Shown here piece after piece: positions 1 to 11,775 of a stretch of 55,198 nt of DNA (position 1 is the first letter of the stretch; each line of letters opens with the position of its first letter). Below the pieces are notes generated by a model, which was not told where the DNA came from, ran no database searches, and saw only the letters and a list, made by a program, of their open reading frames with translations. Where the stretch lies: the NCBI RefSeq assembly GCF_006345805.1, contig NW_021833819.1:1-55198 (forward strand), read 5' to 3'. Origin of the DNA: Octopus sinensis. Lineage: Eukaryota. The position numbers and the translations under genes are program-made.

Positions 1-205
1 CTGAAGTTTCAAGTGTATGCATACGAATTTTCCTGCAACTATCCTGGTTTTAGGGGCTGCCAGCAATGAAGGACATGTGATGCCTCCGTACTTCTTTCCA
101 CAACGTCTTAGTGTTAACTCTGTCGCTTACATTGAGGTCCTGGAAAAACAATCAAGCCCAGGATAGACAGTGTATGCAATGGAAGGCCATAAGCGTTTCA
201 GTAAG
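1..205 (+). pseudogene. Tc1/mariner-superfamily transposase remnant (maT/DD37D-like), truncated by the window start and a (TA)n tract
   Basis: From ATG at 17 it reads MHTNFPATILVLGAASNEGHVMPPYFFPQRLSVNSVAYIEVLEK, then after a frameshift IKPRIDSVCNGRP*AFQ. This matches the HTKFPASVMVLG..SNEGHVMPP.FF...YIEVL....KPW......RPYVFQQD segment of maT-like transposases, recognised from memory. Confidence 0.7.
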
Positions 206-207
206 AG

Positions 208-251
<44 letters not shown>

Positions 252-734
252 GCATACATACATACATCTGTGCGTGTGTGTATATGTGTATGTACAACAC
301 ATATATGTAACTTAAATATCTTTCTATGGTTCTACTTATCTTGTATGCGATTCAATATACACTTATTCGTCTTTGATGTTCAAAAACATTACAATCTTAG
401 CACACTTTCGTTTTACTTACGCTTTACTGCCGTGGTCACAAATGTGTTCTGCTAATTTTTGTATATGGTTATGCGTTTCTTTACTGAAAATAATGTAAGA
501 CAATTGCCGTACTGATGATGTCTACTGTAGCGAAACAGGTATTTACAGCCGCTATCTTTTTCTTCGGGCGAAGAAAAGGCCGCTTTCTTAATGTTATGAC
601 CAATGTAGAGAATTCTTGGTGCATGAGTCTCTATCATCCCTTCTTGCTGGGACTTGGTACCGATCCCTATAAGTAAAAAAGTGTCTACTTTCTCTAGAAG
701 CGGAGATAATCTCAATAAATCATGAATTCATATA

Positions 735-773
<39 letters not shown>

Positions 774-801
774 TATATATATATACATATATGTATATGT
801 G

Positions 802-851
<50 letters not shown>

Positions 852-862
852 TATATATATAT

Positions 863-910
<48 letters not shown>

Positions 911-992
911 TGTAGTATATATACATATATATATGCATATATATATATATGTGTATATATATATATATTATATATATATATAATATGATATG

Positions 993-1028
<36 letters not shown>

Positions 1029-1098
1029 GTACATATATATTATAGATAATTCAGTTGATTGATTAAATGATCTACCTTCTCATTGAATTACCATTTAG

Positions 1099-1173
1099 GT
1101 GGCCGAGCTTCAACAAGAATCGAATACGAAGCACAACGGAGATCAACAAGATGCTGACAAAAAAATTAAAACG
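1099..1173 (+). CDS. Possible 75-nt phase-0 coding exon of an unidentified host gene (VAELQQESNTKHNGDQQDADKKIKT)
   Basis: Pyrimidine-rich acceptor (tctaccttctcattgaattaccatttAG), open frame, donor-like ACG|GTACGA, non-repetitive sequence. No homolog recognised. Confidence 0.22.
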
Positions 1174-2299
1174 GTACGATTGGAACGAGCGCTTCTGACT
1201 ATGGCGCCGCTTCAGCAGGATTTGGGTAGAGCTAAGCCTAGACATCATCAATATGGATTATCAAAAGCAAAAACAACAACAACTGCTACTACTGCAAAAG
1301 AAGATAAAGTGGGGATAACAAACAGAAAATGAACGGGATCCACCGTTGCTGCGACACGATCACCTATTAATTAAGTTCGAATTACGAATTATAAGTAGGT
1401 ACAAGATAAGTCTTATACTCACACTACCACGACGACAACGACGACAACAACAATAGCAACAACAAGTACAACAATAGAAGCAACAACAATAAATCGTCAT
1501 TCAAATATAGATAATAGCGAAAATAAAGATAAAAATCCAATAAACAGTTTTCAAAAAAAGATTAGGCCGCTTGATGATTCAACTTAGTAACAGAATGGAT
1601 AATCCTCTACCGAAGTACCTGGGATAATTTCGAAAGGTGTCATTTGTCTTTTGGTGGGGGGAAACATTCCAAAATAAATAGATCAGATATAATAAAGGGT
1701 TTATACGTGAGTGTGTGTGAGTGTGTGTCATAAAACTGTCACTGTCCGCTCGACCAGCCACTCCAGACACACACACATACACACACACACACGTAGCATA
1801 GATGCATATGTGTATGCATGCGTGTAGTCTAAGGTGGGGGGCATATAATACACTGATATATTATGTATCATATCTTTACAACAAAGTTATGTTGATTTAT
1901 GAAGCCGTTTTCTCTTTCTTTTGCTTTTTCTCTGTTTCTTTCTCTGTATGTGTCTTTATGTGTGTGTGTATCTGCGTGTGTGTGTGTGCATTAGTATATG
2001 TGAACTCAGATATTTATGTATATATGTGCTGTGTATGCTTATTCCAACTCGTACTCATTTCATATGCATAAAAAATAGTTACGACTAACCGAATAAAGGA
2101 CCCACTGTAAGTGAAAGTCTACTATTATAGAATGAGATTATTAATAGTAATTTCGAAGTTTCATTCTGTGTTTGTGGTGTATTCAGATTGCCAAATTTAA
2201 AAACCACAAACTTTAGCAATAAAATTATACATACATACATACATACATACATACATACATACATACATACATACATACATACATACATACATACATACT

Positions 2300-2664
2300 C
2301 ATTGCCTAAATACCAACCTTGAGAAATTAGGCTTCTCAAAGCCAGAAAAAGAAAGCTGATTAGAAGACTACAGATCCGATCCATCACTGGAACTGTAAAA
2401 ATCTGAAAAACTTCCCTGCAGTTTATCATTTAAGTATATATGAGCATGTCTAGATATGCAACTACATGCATGAGAAGATATACATAAAACGGAACATACA
2501 AATTTGCACATATACATACAAAAATACCCTGTTGATGTTGTTGAAATTCCAATAAAGGAGCCTGGGATCTAGGTTAGAAATCGACTGTTTCTCTATTGGC
2601 AAGAAATCTTGAAATAAAGCTGAATAATGACATACATACATACATACATACATACATACATACA

Positions 2665-2694
<30 letters not shown>
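2300..2694 (+). mobile_element. R4/Dong-type (REL endonuclease) LINE 3' fragment with 3' UTR, flanked by (TACA)n
   Basis: Reads CLNTNLEKLGFSKPE / KLIRRLQIRSITGTVKI*KTSLQFII* (stop 2431-2433), the ORF C-terminus homologous to the 2700 copy. A 3' UTR follows and ends in (TACA)n at 2628-2694. Confidence 0.7.
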
Positions 2695-2695
<1 letters not shown>

Positions 2696-2699
2696 TTCT

Positions 2700-2954
2700 C
2701 TGAAAAACAAAGAAAAAGAGGATATCTATGGACAACTGCTTCAAAACCTCCAGCTTCTATATCCAGACTATTAATTCATATTCATACAAATAATAATTGG
2801 AGCACTAGGTTTTGTTAGTGAATGTATAAAGGAGAATTTGGATAAACTGGGATTTTCAGAAAGAGAAATCGACTGGCTAATTCGTACATTACAAGTGCAA
2901 TCTGTGAGTGGAAGAGTAAAAATATGCATGATTTTTCTCAAGTTCCAAATGTGA
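2700..2954 (+). mobile_element. Second, diverged R4/Dong-type LINE 3' ORF fragment
   Basis: KEKEDIYGQLLQNLQLLYPDY*FIFIQIIIGALGFVSECIKENLDKLGFSEREIDWLIRTLQVQSVSGRVKICMIFLKFQM*. The K..KY..L..E....and IIIGALG motifs are typical of the end of the REL domain. Confidence 0.8.
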
Positions 2955-3215
2955 ATTTATCTGTCAGATTTCTAATTATCAAGAAATAGAAGAGACATAC
3001 ATACAGACAGACAAAAACATACATGCACAACATATATACGTGTGTGTGTGTATATGCATGCATGCACGCATGTATGTATATGCTTAAGTTTGGTAAGGTT
3101 CGGCAACTAGGTTTAAACTGTCTGACCTCTCCAAACCTTTATACGAAATAACAAGTCAGTACAGTTGAAATATGTCAAAAACATATTTTAACTAACCGTA
3201 ATATACATATATATA

Positions 3216-3518
3216 TCACCGTGACCGACCAGGCTATCAGATGTTGCTACACATCGCTGGTCACAATGCGCTTCGCATTGTTTTAGCCTTCAAATGACGC
3301 CACCCTCCTGGCTAGGCGAGCGGGCCAACAGAAGAAAGAGTGAGAGAAAGTTGTAGCGAAAGAGTACAGCAGGGACCGCCACCACCCCCTGCCGGAGACT
3401 CGTGGAGCTTTAGGTGTTTTCGCTCAATAAACACTCACAAAACCCGGTCTGGGAAACGAAACCGCGATCCTACGACCGCGAGTCCGCTGCCCTAACCACT
3501 GGGCCATTGCGCCTCCAC
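3216..3518 (-). mobile_element. tRNA-derived SINE, family S3, tail type a
   Basis: Minus strand begins GTGGAGGCGCAATGGCCCAGTGGTTAGGGC (A box)...GGTTTCGTTTCCCAGACCGG (B box). Head and core are shared with the copy at 25613-25991. Confidence 0.85.
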
Positions 3519-3546
3519 ACATACATACATACATACATATACACAC

Positions 3547-3768
3547 AGGTGAGCATATAAGTGCAAAACAAGGTGGAAAAAATAGTACTCGAATGTTAAA
3601 AGTAGGGTAATATGCTTTAGTTAGAGCTGAAAAATTATCGCAAAACTGTTACTCAGAGTGTCACGTTTTCATTCGTCGGACAGTTGGGATGAAAACTGAA
3701 TCGAAATTTTAATTCAGTTTTCATTATAACTGTTCGACGAACGGGAAAGTGAAACTCTGAATAACAGA
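3547..3768. mobile_element. PLE-type terminus ending in a foldback palindrome with two decayed type I hammerheads
   Basis: Minus 3644-3685 and plus 3728-3768 both fit the consensus CTGT-CCGACGA-ACG-GAAAA-CGT-GAAA-CTCTGAG-TA-ACAG. The spacer contains a perfect 13-bp inverted repeat (ATGAAAACTGAAT). Confidence 0.65.
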
Positions 3769-4028
3769 TAAATGATAATTTTGTAGATTTAATAAATCCA
3801 TACACACATGCACACATACATACACATTCACAGATATATATATATATACTGAATGGATAATTGAATAAGTTGGAGCCAACAAGAAGGAGTACAGAGCAAC
3901 ATTTATTTGTAATCACTACAATTGTTTCAACGAGATGTAGCTCCCTAGGTTCACGGGTATTTGGTTATGTAACCGTTTCCTTGCATTGTGAGATCGTGTT
4001 GTTTCATCAGGTGATATATAAATATTGT

Positions 4029-4145
4029 TTCTGCGTTCCGTAAACTCAAATTTGATACTCTGAGTAGATACTACTACCTCGCATAATCAAGTCAGACAGA
4101 GAGGATGTGGTCGAATCCGAAAATTTGAGTTTATGGACCACAGAA
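4029..4145. repeat. 117-bp element with 25-bp terminal inverted repeats (MITE-like foldback)
   Basis: 4029-4053 TTCTGCGTTCCGTAAACTCAAATTT versus the reverse complement of 4121-4145, TTCTGTGGTCCATAAACTCAAATTT (22/25 match). Confidence 0.6.
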
Positions 4146-4160
4146 TGAATATTTATATAT

Positions 4161-4375
4161 AGTTAATCCAAACAAGAAAGCACAAAATAACACAACAACG
4201 CGAGGACGTGGAACAAATATAGTATTATTGGACGCTCAGGAAAGAAGGAAAGAAGGAGGGTTTAACGTTTCGAATGGAGCTCTTCGTCGGAAACATAGGA
4301 GAAGGAAAGATCCAGAGAAGGGAAGACAGAGGAAAAAAAATCGCCAACGGTGCACACGCGGTCACATTTTGAAAT
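4161..4375 (-). mobile_element. Solo PLE-type terminus (family P1) with minimal hammerhead at 4260-4294
   Basis: Minus strand: GTTT-CCGACGA-A-GAGC-TCC-ATTC-GAAA-CG-TT-AAAC. Homologous to 54546-54765 and abuts a (TA)n tract. Confidence 0.7.
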
Positions 4376-4381
4376 AAATAA

Positions 4382-4418
<37 letters not shown>

Positions 4419-4556
4419 TGCAAGCAAGAAGAATGCAATGCACAAGTCTTTTTAATGCCTAAATTTACAATTGTTTCATCTTAATTTATTCTCATCAATC
4501 TTACTATATTATGTGATAATGGTGCTAATCCCGGCTTAATACCCAAATTACGTATA

Positions 4557-4779
4557 CGAGGGGATCGAGAGCTGAAAAGTTCCTGGCTTTGGCTAAAAGA
4601 AAATACAGGAGGATTAATTAATTATGATTATATTGAACATACTCTACTCTCAAATTCACACAGTTATTGCAGTGATCCTTCAGTTTTTCTAAGCCTTGTA
4701 AAATAACCCAGAAGTTTGAACCTCTAACCAGGTCTTTCGTGATATCCTTAAAGCCAAGAATTTTTCAGCACACCCGTCG
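4557..4779. mobile_element. Mariner-derived MITE
   Basis: TA flanks at 4555-4556 and 4780-4781. TIRs CGAGGGG..GCTGAAAAGTTCCTGGCTTT and (reverse complement) CGACGGGTGTGCTGAAAAATTCTTGGCTTT. No ORF. Confidence 0.75.
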
Positions 4780-4833
4780 TATATGTGTGTAAGTGTGCAA
4801 GTTTATACATACATACATACACATAATAACTGC

Positions 4834-5745
4834 AATAATCTTTCTACTATAGGCCTGAAATTTTGGGTGAGGGAGAAGTCGATTACATTGATCCCGGTTC
4901 ACAACTGGTACCTATTTTATAGACACCTCGGAAGCGTCTGAACTCATAACGTAGAGATGGTTTAAATGGCGCTAAGCATTAATTCCGGCATGCTCACAAT
5001 TCTACCGCACAGACATAGTTGATACAAAAGACTAAAAGTGTTACGAAGCTGATGTTTTAAAGCATCACTACTAATAGTTTCCCCTTCTTTGCATTCTTTC
5101 TTTCAATATTCATCATTTCCTGAAATAATCTTTTCTATTCTAGGCACAAGGCCCGAAATTGGTACTTAATTTATTGACCCCGAAAGGATGAAAGGCAAAG
5201 TCGGCCTCGACGGAAATTGAACTCAGAACGTAAAGACAGACGAAACACCGCCAAGCATTTCACTCGGTGTGCTATCGTTTCTTATTTCTTTACTGCCCAG
5301 AAGGGGCTACACATAAAGGGGACAAACAAGGATAGACAAATGGATTATGTCGATTATATCGACCCCAGTGCGTAACTGGTATTTATTTAATCGACCCCGA
5401 AACGATGAAAGGCAAAGTCGACCTCGGATAAATTTGATCTCAGAACGTAGCAGCAGACGAAATACCGCTAAGCATTTCGCCCTGTGTGCTAACGTTTCTG
5501 CCGACTCGCAGCATTCTTTTCCTGAAATAATCTTTTCTACTCTAGGCACAAAGCCCGAAATTTTTGGGGAGGGAGCCAGTCAATTAGATCAACCCCAGTA
5601 CGCAACTGGTACATAATTTATAGACCCCGAAAGGATGAAAGGCAAAGTCGACCTCGGCGGAATTTGAACCCAGAACGTAATGAGAGACGAAATACCGCTT
5701 AGTATTTCGTCCTGCATGCTCACGTTTCTACCAGATCACCGCCTT
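4834..5745 (-). mobile_element. Cluster/tandem array of four full or partial S1 SINE units
   Basis: Repeated core (minus strand) GAGTTCAAATTCCGCCGAGGTCGACTTTGCCTTTCATCCTTTCGGGGTCGATAAATTAAGTACCAG, with a tRNA-like head and two alternative tails. Confidence 0.85.
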
Positions 5746-6473
5746 CGTTTCCTGAAAAAATGCACAAGCAAAGATGAATAACATCTGATGATATCGCCGC
5801 TTTCATATATGATATTGGACTTACATACTTCTTTCTATGCACTTATAGATATGCACTCACAAACGCAGACAAACGCACCTATAAGTATGTATACCGGTGC
5901 ATATATAATATATGTATATAAAGGTATGCATATGCGCGTGTGTGTGCATTTATGTGCTTGTTCTAAATGACTATATTTCTCTAAAGTTGTGTACGGTTAC
6001 ACACGTACACAAAAAAATTCTGACATCTAGTACGAGTGGTCTTGATTGTTATATGCCACTTAACTGTCACTATACAGCATCGTCACTTGTTCAACTTGCA
6101 AATAAATAAATATAATAATAATAACAATAATAATAAAAGTCGGCGACTGGTTTTATTTTTTTCTCTAGTTCTTTGTTGTGATTACTGTTCTTCGTTTTCG
6201 TCCTCGTCATTGCAGACGTTGTTGTTGATGTCGACGTCCTTGGTGATAGAGGGAGTAGGGAGTTGTTGTTTTACTGTTACCTGTAAAATATTGTTGCTAA
6301 GTTTCATGGTTTTAGACTGGGTCCCGGGAATATGTTAAGTAGAGCCCTCAAATTTCCCCACCCATATCAAATATTTATCTACGCTGTCAGTTGGATGTTT
6401 GCACAGATATATATGTATATATATGTATATATGTGTGAATGTGTGTGTATGTATGTGTGTGTGTGTATGTATT

Positions 6474-6535
<62 letters not shown>

Positions 6536-6640
6536 GTGTGTGTGTATATGTATGTGTGTGTGTGTATGTGTGTGTGTGTATGTATATACATACATGTTTG
6601 TCTGTGTATGTGTCTGTCTCTAGCTGTATGGTCTAAGCAA

Positions 6641-6806
6641 GCGCAGATATGGTTGTATGGTTAAGAAGCACGCTTTGCAATCATATGGTGCTGAGTTCCG
6701 TCCCACTGCGCGAGATATTTGGCAAGAGGCTTCTCCTATATAGCCGCAAACACCAATGTCTAGTGAGTAAATATGGTAAACGGAAACTGGTGGACCCGTT
6801 GTGTAT
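6641..6806 (+). mobile_element. Diverged 5' half of an S2 SINE
   Basis: tRNA-like head plus a CORE-like segment (..TTTGGCAAGAGGCTTCTCCTATATAGCC..GTAAACGGAAACTG), homologous to the other S2 copies. Confidence 0.65.
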
Positions 6807-7390
6807 TTTGTCTTATTATTTGGATTTTAGTTTACTCTTCGCCACATCCACCCAACGTTTTACCGCCGTGAAACGAAGTCTGGAATCCGACAGTGTTGAT
6901 AGCCCAGGACTTGGGTTCAGTGCTTCTCTGGAAATACCCTGCAATGACGTAAGATATATGCATATATATATATATATATATATATACAAATTGAGATAGG
7001 TGTTGTAAATGCAACCCTCCATGGGATAACATATATCCAAAACCTGGAGTTTGTCTATCAATTAATTATCTTCTCCATTTTCTTCCTTGCCTTATAAATT
7101 CTGGTTAAATTTTTGTTTACCTCCATACATACCTATTATTCAATTGCATTATTGCCTTGAAACAGTAAGCATTTGGATATATATAGGTATACATCCAGTA
7201 GTATATTGGATATTTATTATCCCTTATATGGTTGTCTAACCTCCAACTCATATATACGTATATATATAGAGAGAGATCTGTGTATTTTTCCCTTGTTATA
7301 TCCTATAATGTTTTTTGAAACAATATTAATAGCGTTCAGTTAATCACTATACATATCCATCATTTTCTGTTAAAATGTCTTATTGACGAG

Positions 7391-7494
7391 TTTCATTTCT
7401 TCACTTCCCTGAAGAGAAGATTACACCATTATATTTCTTTCAAATAATATCTGTGATATCTTCGAAACACGTGTCGGAAGTAAAAGAATTTGAA
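7391..7494 (+). ncRNA. Canonical type I hammerhead ribozyme, probably in a PLE terminus
   Basis: Stem I ACTTCC(7403-7408)/GGAAGT(7476-7481). Core CTGAAGA (7409-7415). Stem II GAAGAT(7416-7421)/ATCTTC(7458-7463). GAAA (7464-7467). Palindromic stem III ACACGTGT. GUC cleavage triplet with the cut after C7475. Stem I extends beyond an internal loop. Confidence 0.85.
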
Positions 7495-7525
7495 TTACAC
7501 CTGCGTTAAAGTCCATTTATTTATT

Positions 7526-7619
<94 letters not shown>

Positions 7620-7621
7620 AT

Positions 7622-7760
7622 AAGCTTCCTTCAGTGTCCGCCAACGAAATCCACTCACAAGGCATTGGTCGGCCCGAAGCTATAGTAGAAGACACTTACC
7701 CAAGGTACCACGGGATCATGCGGTTCGTAAGCAAGCTACTTACCACACAGCCACTCCTGC
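7622..7760 (-). mobile_element. S2 SINE 5' half
   Basis: Minus strand AGGAGTGGCTGTGTGGTAAGTAGCTTGCTTACGAACC..GGTACCTTGGGTAAGTGTCTTCTACTATAGC, ending at (TA)n(TG)n. Confidence 0.8.
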
Positions 7761-7768
7761 GCTTATAT

Positions 7769-7769
<1 letters not shown>

Positions 7770-7813
<44 letters not shown>

Positions 7814-7814
7814 G

Positions 7815-7849
<35 letters not shown>

Positions 7850-7866
7850 CAGATAGATAGATAGAC

Positions 7867-7963
<97 letters not shown>

Positions 7964-7975
7964 GATAGATAGATA
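7770..7975. repeat. (GATA)n tetranucleotide microsatellite
   Basis: About 200 bp of GATA/GACA units. Confidence 0.95.
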
Positions 7976-7982
7976 TGTATGC

Positions 7983-8035
<53 letters not shown>

Positions 8036-8043
8036 ATATATTA

Positions 8044-8648
8044 TATGATGGTCCTTTGGAAGACATTCGTTCTCAGCCGCTTGGACTACTGCTCCCAACG
8101 ATTGTCACCACAACAGAACTCGGAGCATTCCAACGAATCTACACTAAGAAGATCGTCTCAATGCAACATATCAGCTACTGGGAACGACTAAAAGAATTAA
8201 AACTCTTCTCCCTGGAGCGAAGGTGGGAGAGATATGCAGTGATATACATCTGGAAAATCTTGGAGTGCCTTGTCCCGAATTTTGGCATGGGGTGCCACTG
8301 CATGGTGCCAAAGATCCCAACATCACCATCAAAATATAGGACCAGATACTGCAACAGCTTGTGTTTTAGGAGACCACAGCTCTTCAATATCCTTCCTAAA
8401 TGGCTGAGAGACCTGTATGGTGTGGATGTGGGTTTCTTTAAAACTAAACCGGATGTCTTCTTGTCAGGGGTTCCAGATGAACCTACCTCTCGGCAGGAAT
8501 CACAGATGCGGGCAGCGTTGTCGAACTCCCTTGTTGACCAAGAGTCACGTATCAGAAATTGTTTCACGTACTAGTGTAGCACATTCAACGGTGGTGCCCC
8601 AGCATGGCCGCAGCTTTCGGGCTGAAACATTTTTAAGGATTTAAGGAT
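8044..8648 (+). mobile_element. CR1-like LINE 3' fragment (RT C-terminus plus 3' tail)
   Basis: LWKTFVLSRLDYCSQ..ELGAFQRIYTKKI..SYWERLKELKLFSLERRWERYAVIYIWKILE..PQLFNILPKWLRDL. The tail is CGGTGGTGCCCCAGCATGGCCGCAGC-TTTCGG-GCTGAAAC followed by TTAAGGAT repeats. Confidence 0.9.
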
Positions 8649-8649
8649 A

Positions 8650-8685
<36 letters not shown>

Positions 8686-9201
8686 TATATATATGTAAGT
8701 ATATATATGCGTATGTATATATATAATGTATGTATATATGTATAAATATATATATGCATGTATGTATATATGTATATGTTAGGAAGTTATTCAACGGCGG
8801 CCATAAGTATTTGAGCTAAAGGTGCCTGGTGAAACATTAAGTCCACTGTGCAGGGCCAGTCACCACAGCATAACAACAGGTAGTCAGAGAGTTTGTGAGA
8901 CAGTAGAGCAAAAGAGAGATAAGAGAGAAATAAAGAGAGAGAGAGAAGAAAGGGGAGTGAGTGGAAGAGGAGAGAGGGCGAGAAAGAGAGAGGGAGAGAA
9001 AGAGAGAGGGAGAAGTGACAAGTCCAAATGTGAATGATTCAATTAAAGAGAGATTGAATTGAGAAACAGGATATTGAGACGAAAACAGTGAGAAGCAGCT
9101 GTTGCTCTCTCTCTATCTCTCTCTCTCTCTCTGTCTCTCTATCTTTGTCGGTGTGTCTGTCTGTTTGTCTGCTTGTCTGTCTTTCTTACTCTCTCTCTCT
9201 T

Positions 9202-9256
<55 letters not shown>

Positions 9257-9977
9257 ATGTATGTATGTATGTATTTATGTATTGTGTGTGTGTGTGTATA
9301 TCTATAATAGAAAAAACAAAAAGATGAAAAAGAAGAAAATCAATGTTGCCATGGGTCACGTGCCTCTCTTATTCTTTCAAGTTACAATGGAATGTCCACA
9401 TGGGTAGAATAAACAATTTGTAACGGTAGGTACAGAAAAACGCACACACAGAAACAAACACAAACACACGCACACACAAACAAACACACATACACACACA
9501 CGCTTATAGATACAGAAATACACTTATATACAAATACACACGCACAAACAAACGTATGTATCTATCCATATGTATGTGTGCATGCATGTGTGTGTATGTA
9601 TACATATAAATATATATGCGTGAGTGTGTGAAAAGTGAAAGAGGGTGCACATACGTATGTATCAGCTTGTATGCTAACGTGCATGTATACACGCAGAGTA
9701 TGTAGGAAAAGCATAAAAAAAAAAGAAATGAAATACAGAGAGCGTGTATTTGTCAATGCGTGGACAGAGTGCTTAAATTCCATATAGAATGTTTCGAACC
9801 CAAGGATATGTTTTTCTCTTCTAACCATTAGTAGCATCATAATGATTCCAATCGATCATTTCAGAAGAAAAACGATAACATAACAAAACTATTTCGGCTC
9901 AGAGCTCTATTATCTCTGTCTCTCGCTTTCTCTGCCTCTCTCTCTCCCTTTTTCTCTCTCTCTCTCTCTCTTTTTCA

Positions 9978-10012
<35 letters not shown>

Positions 10013-10338
10013 TACTCTCTCAATCTCTTTCTTCCTCTCTCTCTCACTCTCTTAATCTCTTCCCTCTCTTTCACTCTCTATCCTTTCCTCTATCAATCCA
10101 TTTATCTATCTATCTACCTAAATTACCTATTTATGTGTCTGTCTGTCTATTTATCTCTCTATCTATTTGTCTGTCTGTCATTGTAACTGTCTACTTAGCT
10201 CTCTCTCTCTCTTTCTCTCTGTCTCTCTATTTCTCTCTATCTCTCTCTTATATCTATCTGTCTATCTATCAGATTGTCTGTCTGTCAATGTAATTGTCTA
10301 CTTAGCTCTCTCTCTCTCTCTCTTTCTCTCACTCTCTT

Positions 10339-10369
<31 letters not shown>

Positions 10370-10535
10370 ATTTCTCTCTTTCTCTCTCTTATATCTAGCT
10401 GTCTATCTATCAGATTGTCTGTCTGTCTATCATTTGCTTATCCGTTTCTTTCTGTCTATCTATATCTATTATCTGTCTGTCTGTACCCTCCTCATCAATT
10501 GATCTCTATCTATCTATCTATCTATCTATCTATCA

Positions 10536-10632
<97 letters not shown>

Positions 10633-11600
10633 CTGATGCGCAGACATGCGCTGAGACTGCGACATCTCCGGCGCCTCATAAACGACGGTGAACAGGTGTG
10701 GTCGCCGTTTGTGCGACGCGTTTTCCCGCAGCTCGTCTCCTTGGCCGAACTGCAGTCGTGAATCAAACAGAGACCGAGGCTAGGCGAATGGCACCGCGAG
10801 TGTCGCGTTGCTCTCAAGTAACTCTGCCTCCGGGACCAAACTTGTGCGACTTCATTACAACAAAGGCGTTCTATAGAGGATTAGTGGAGAGGAGGTGCGA
10901 CGACGGCCAGAATTTGGGCGTCGACGAGGAACACCTGACCCGCCTGTTCAGGACAACTTTCGGACCGGGACCTATGGACAATCACCAAAAATCCCTGGCC
11001 TGGTAGTGCTATCGAGAAGCATTACCCGTTCGGTATAAGCTCTACATGCACGGTTCGAGACACACCAGACCGACTTGCTCGAGATGCGGTCAGAGCGACG
11101 AAACCGTTCTGCACGCACTCGTACAGTGTCCAACCATTTCGGACCTGTGGGCTTATGTCGAACGGCTACTGTCACGTGTTGGACGAGTCCACCTGTCGGC
11201 TGAGTCTATCGTGACAATTGCTCCGCCACCTTCCCTCAACCGGAAGGCAAGGCAGTCTTCATCGTATTGGTGACCCTGGTGAAAGAATGTGTGGTGGACT
11301 CAAGCGAAGGGTTAGAGACAAACACTTACCTCTCTGGCCAATTGCTCGTCAACTTTTTCAAGTACCACTTGGAGAGGCAGGTTTTGTCTCGTGAAAGTAT
11401 CAAAAAAAGGTGGGTGAATGTAGCAAAGATGATGCGTGAGTGTAACGAAACTACCTTGAGCATGATCCTGTAAATCAAAAAAAGAGGGGGAGAGAGCACT
11501 TTGCTCTCATGTGTTTATTCCCTCCCTGCCTGAGGTTACCGTGGTCTTTCCGTAGGCTTTTCTTTTCACGTAAACCTAATCTTACTTTTACGTTTTTAAA
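10633..11600 (+). mobile_element. Tx1/L1-clade LINE 3' fragment with C-terminal zinc knuckle (zf-RVT-like)
   Basis: ..SLAW*CYREALPVRYKLYMHG..PTCSRCGQSDETVLHALVQCP..LWAYVERLL (CxxC-x7-HxxxxC knuckle), with stops and frameshifts. The ORF ends at about 11473. Confidence 0.85.
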
Positions 11601-11612
11601 ACTTTTCTGTGA

Positions 11613-11661
<49 letters not shown>

Positions 11662-11737
11662 GTCTGTCTATTTAATTTATCTTTCTTTCTATCTATCTGC
11701 TCCTATATCTCTCTATCTCTCTGTGTTACTCTGTCTG

Positions 11738-11775
<38 letters not shown>

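Noticed and set aside
452-715. 87-aa minus-strand ORF in non-repetitive sequence
   Set aside because: No recognisable motif or splice context. The length is within chance expectation, and it may be decayed PLE sequence.
10150-10430. Short local tandem duplications (10150-10430, 18140-18350, 19478-19524, 15600-15668)
   Set aside because: Ordinary slippage duplications within or next to microsatellites, with no functional signal.
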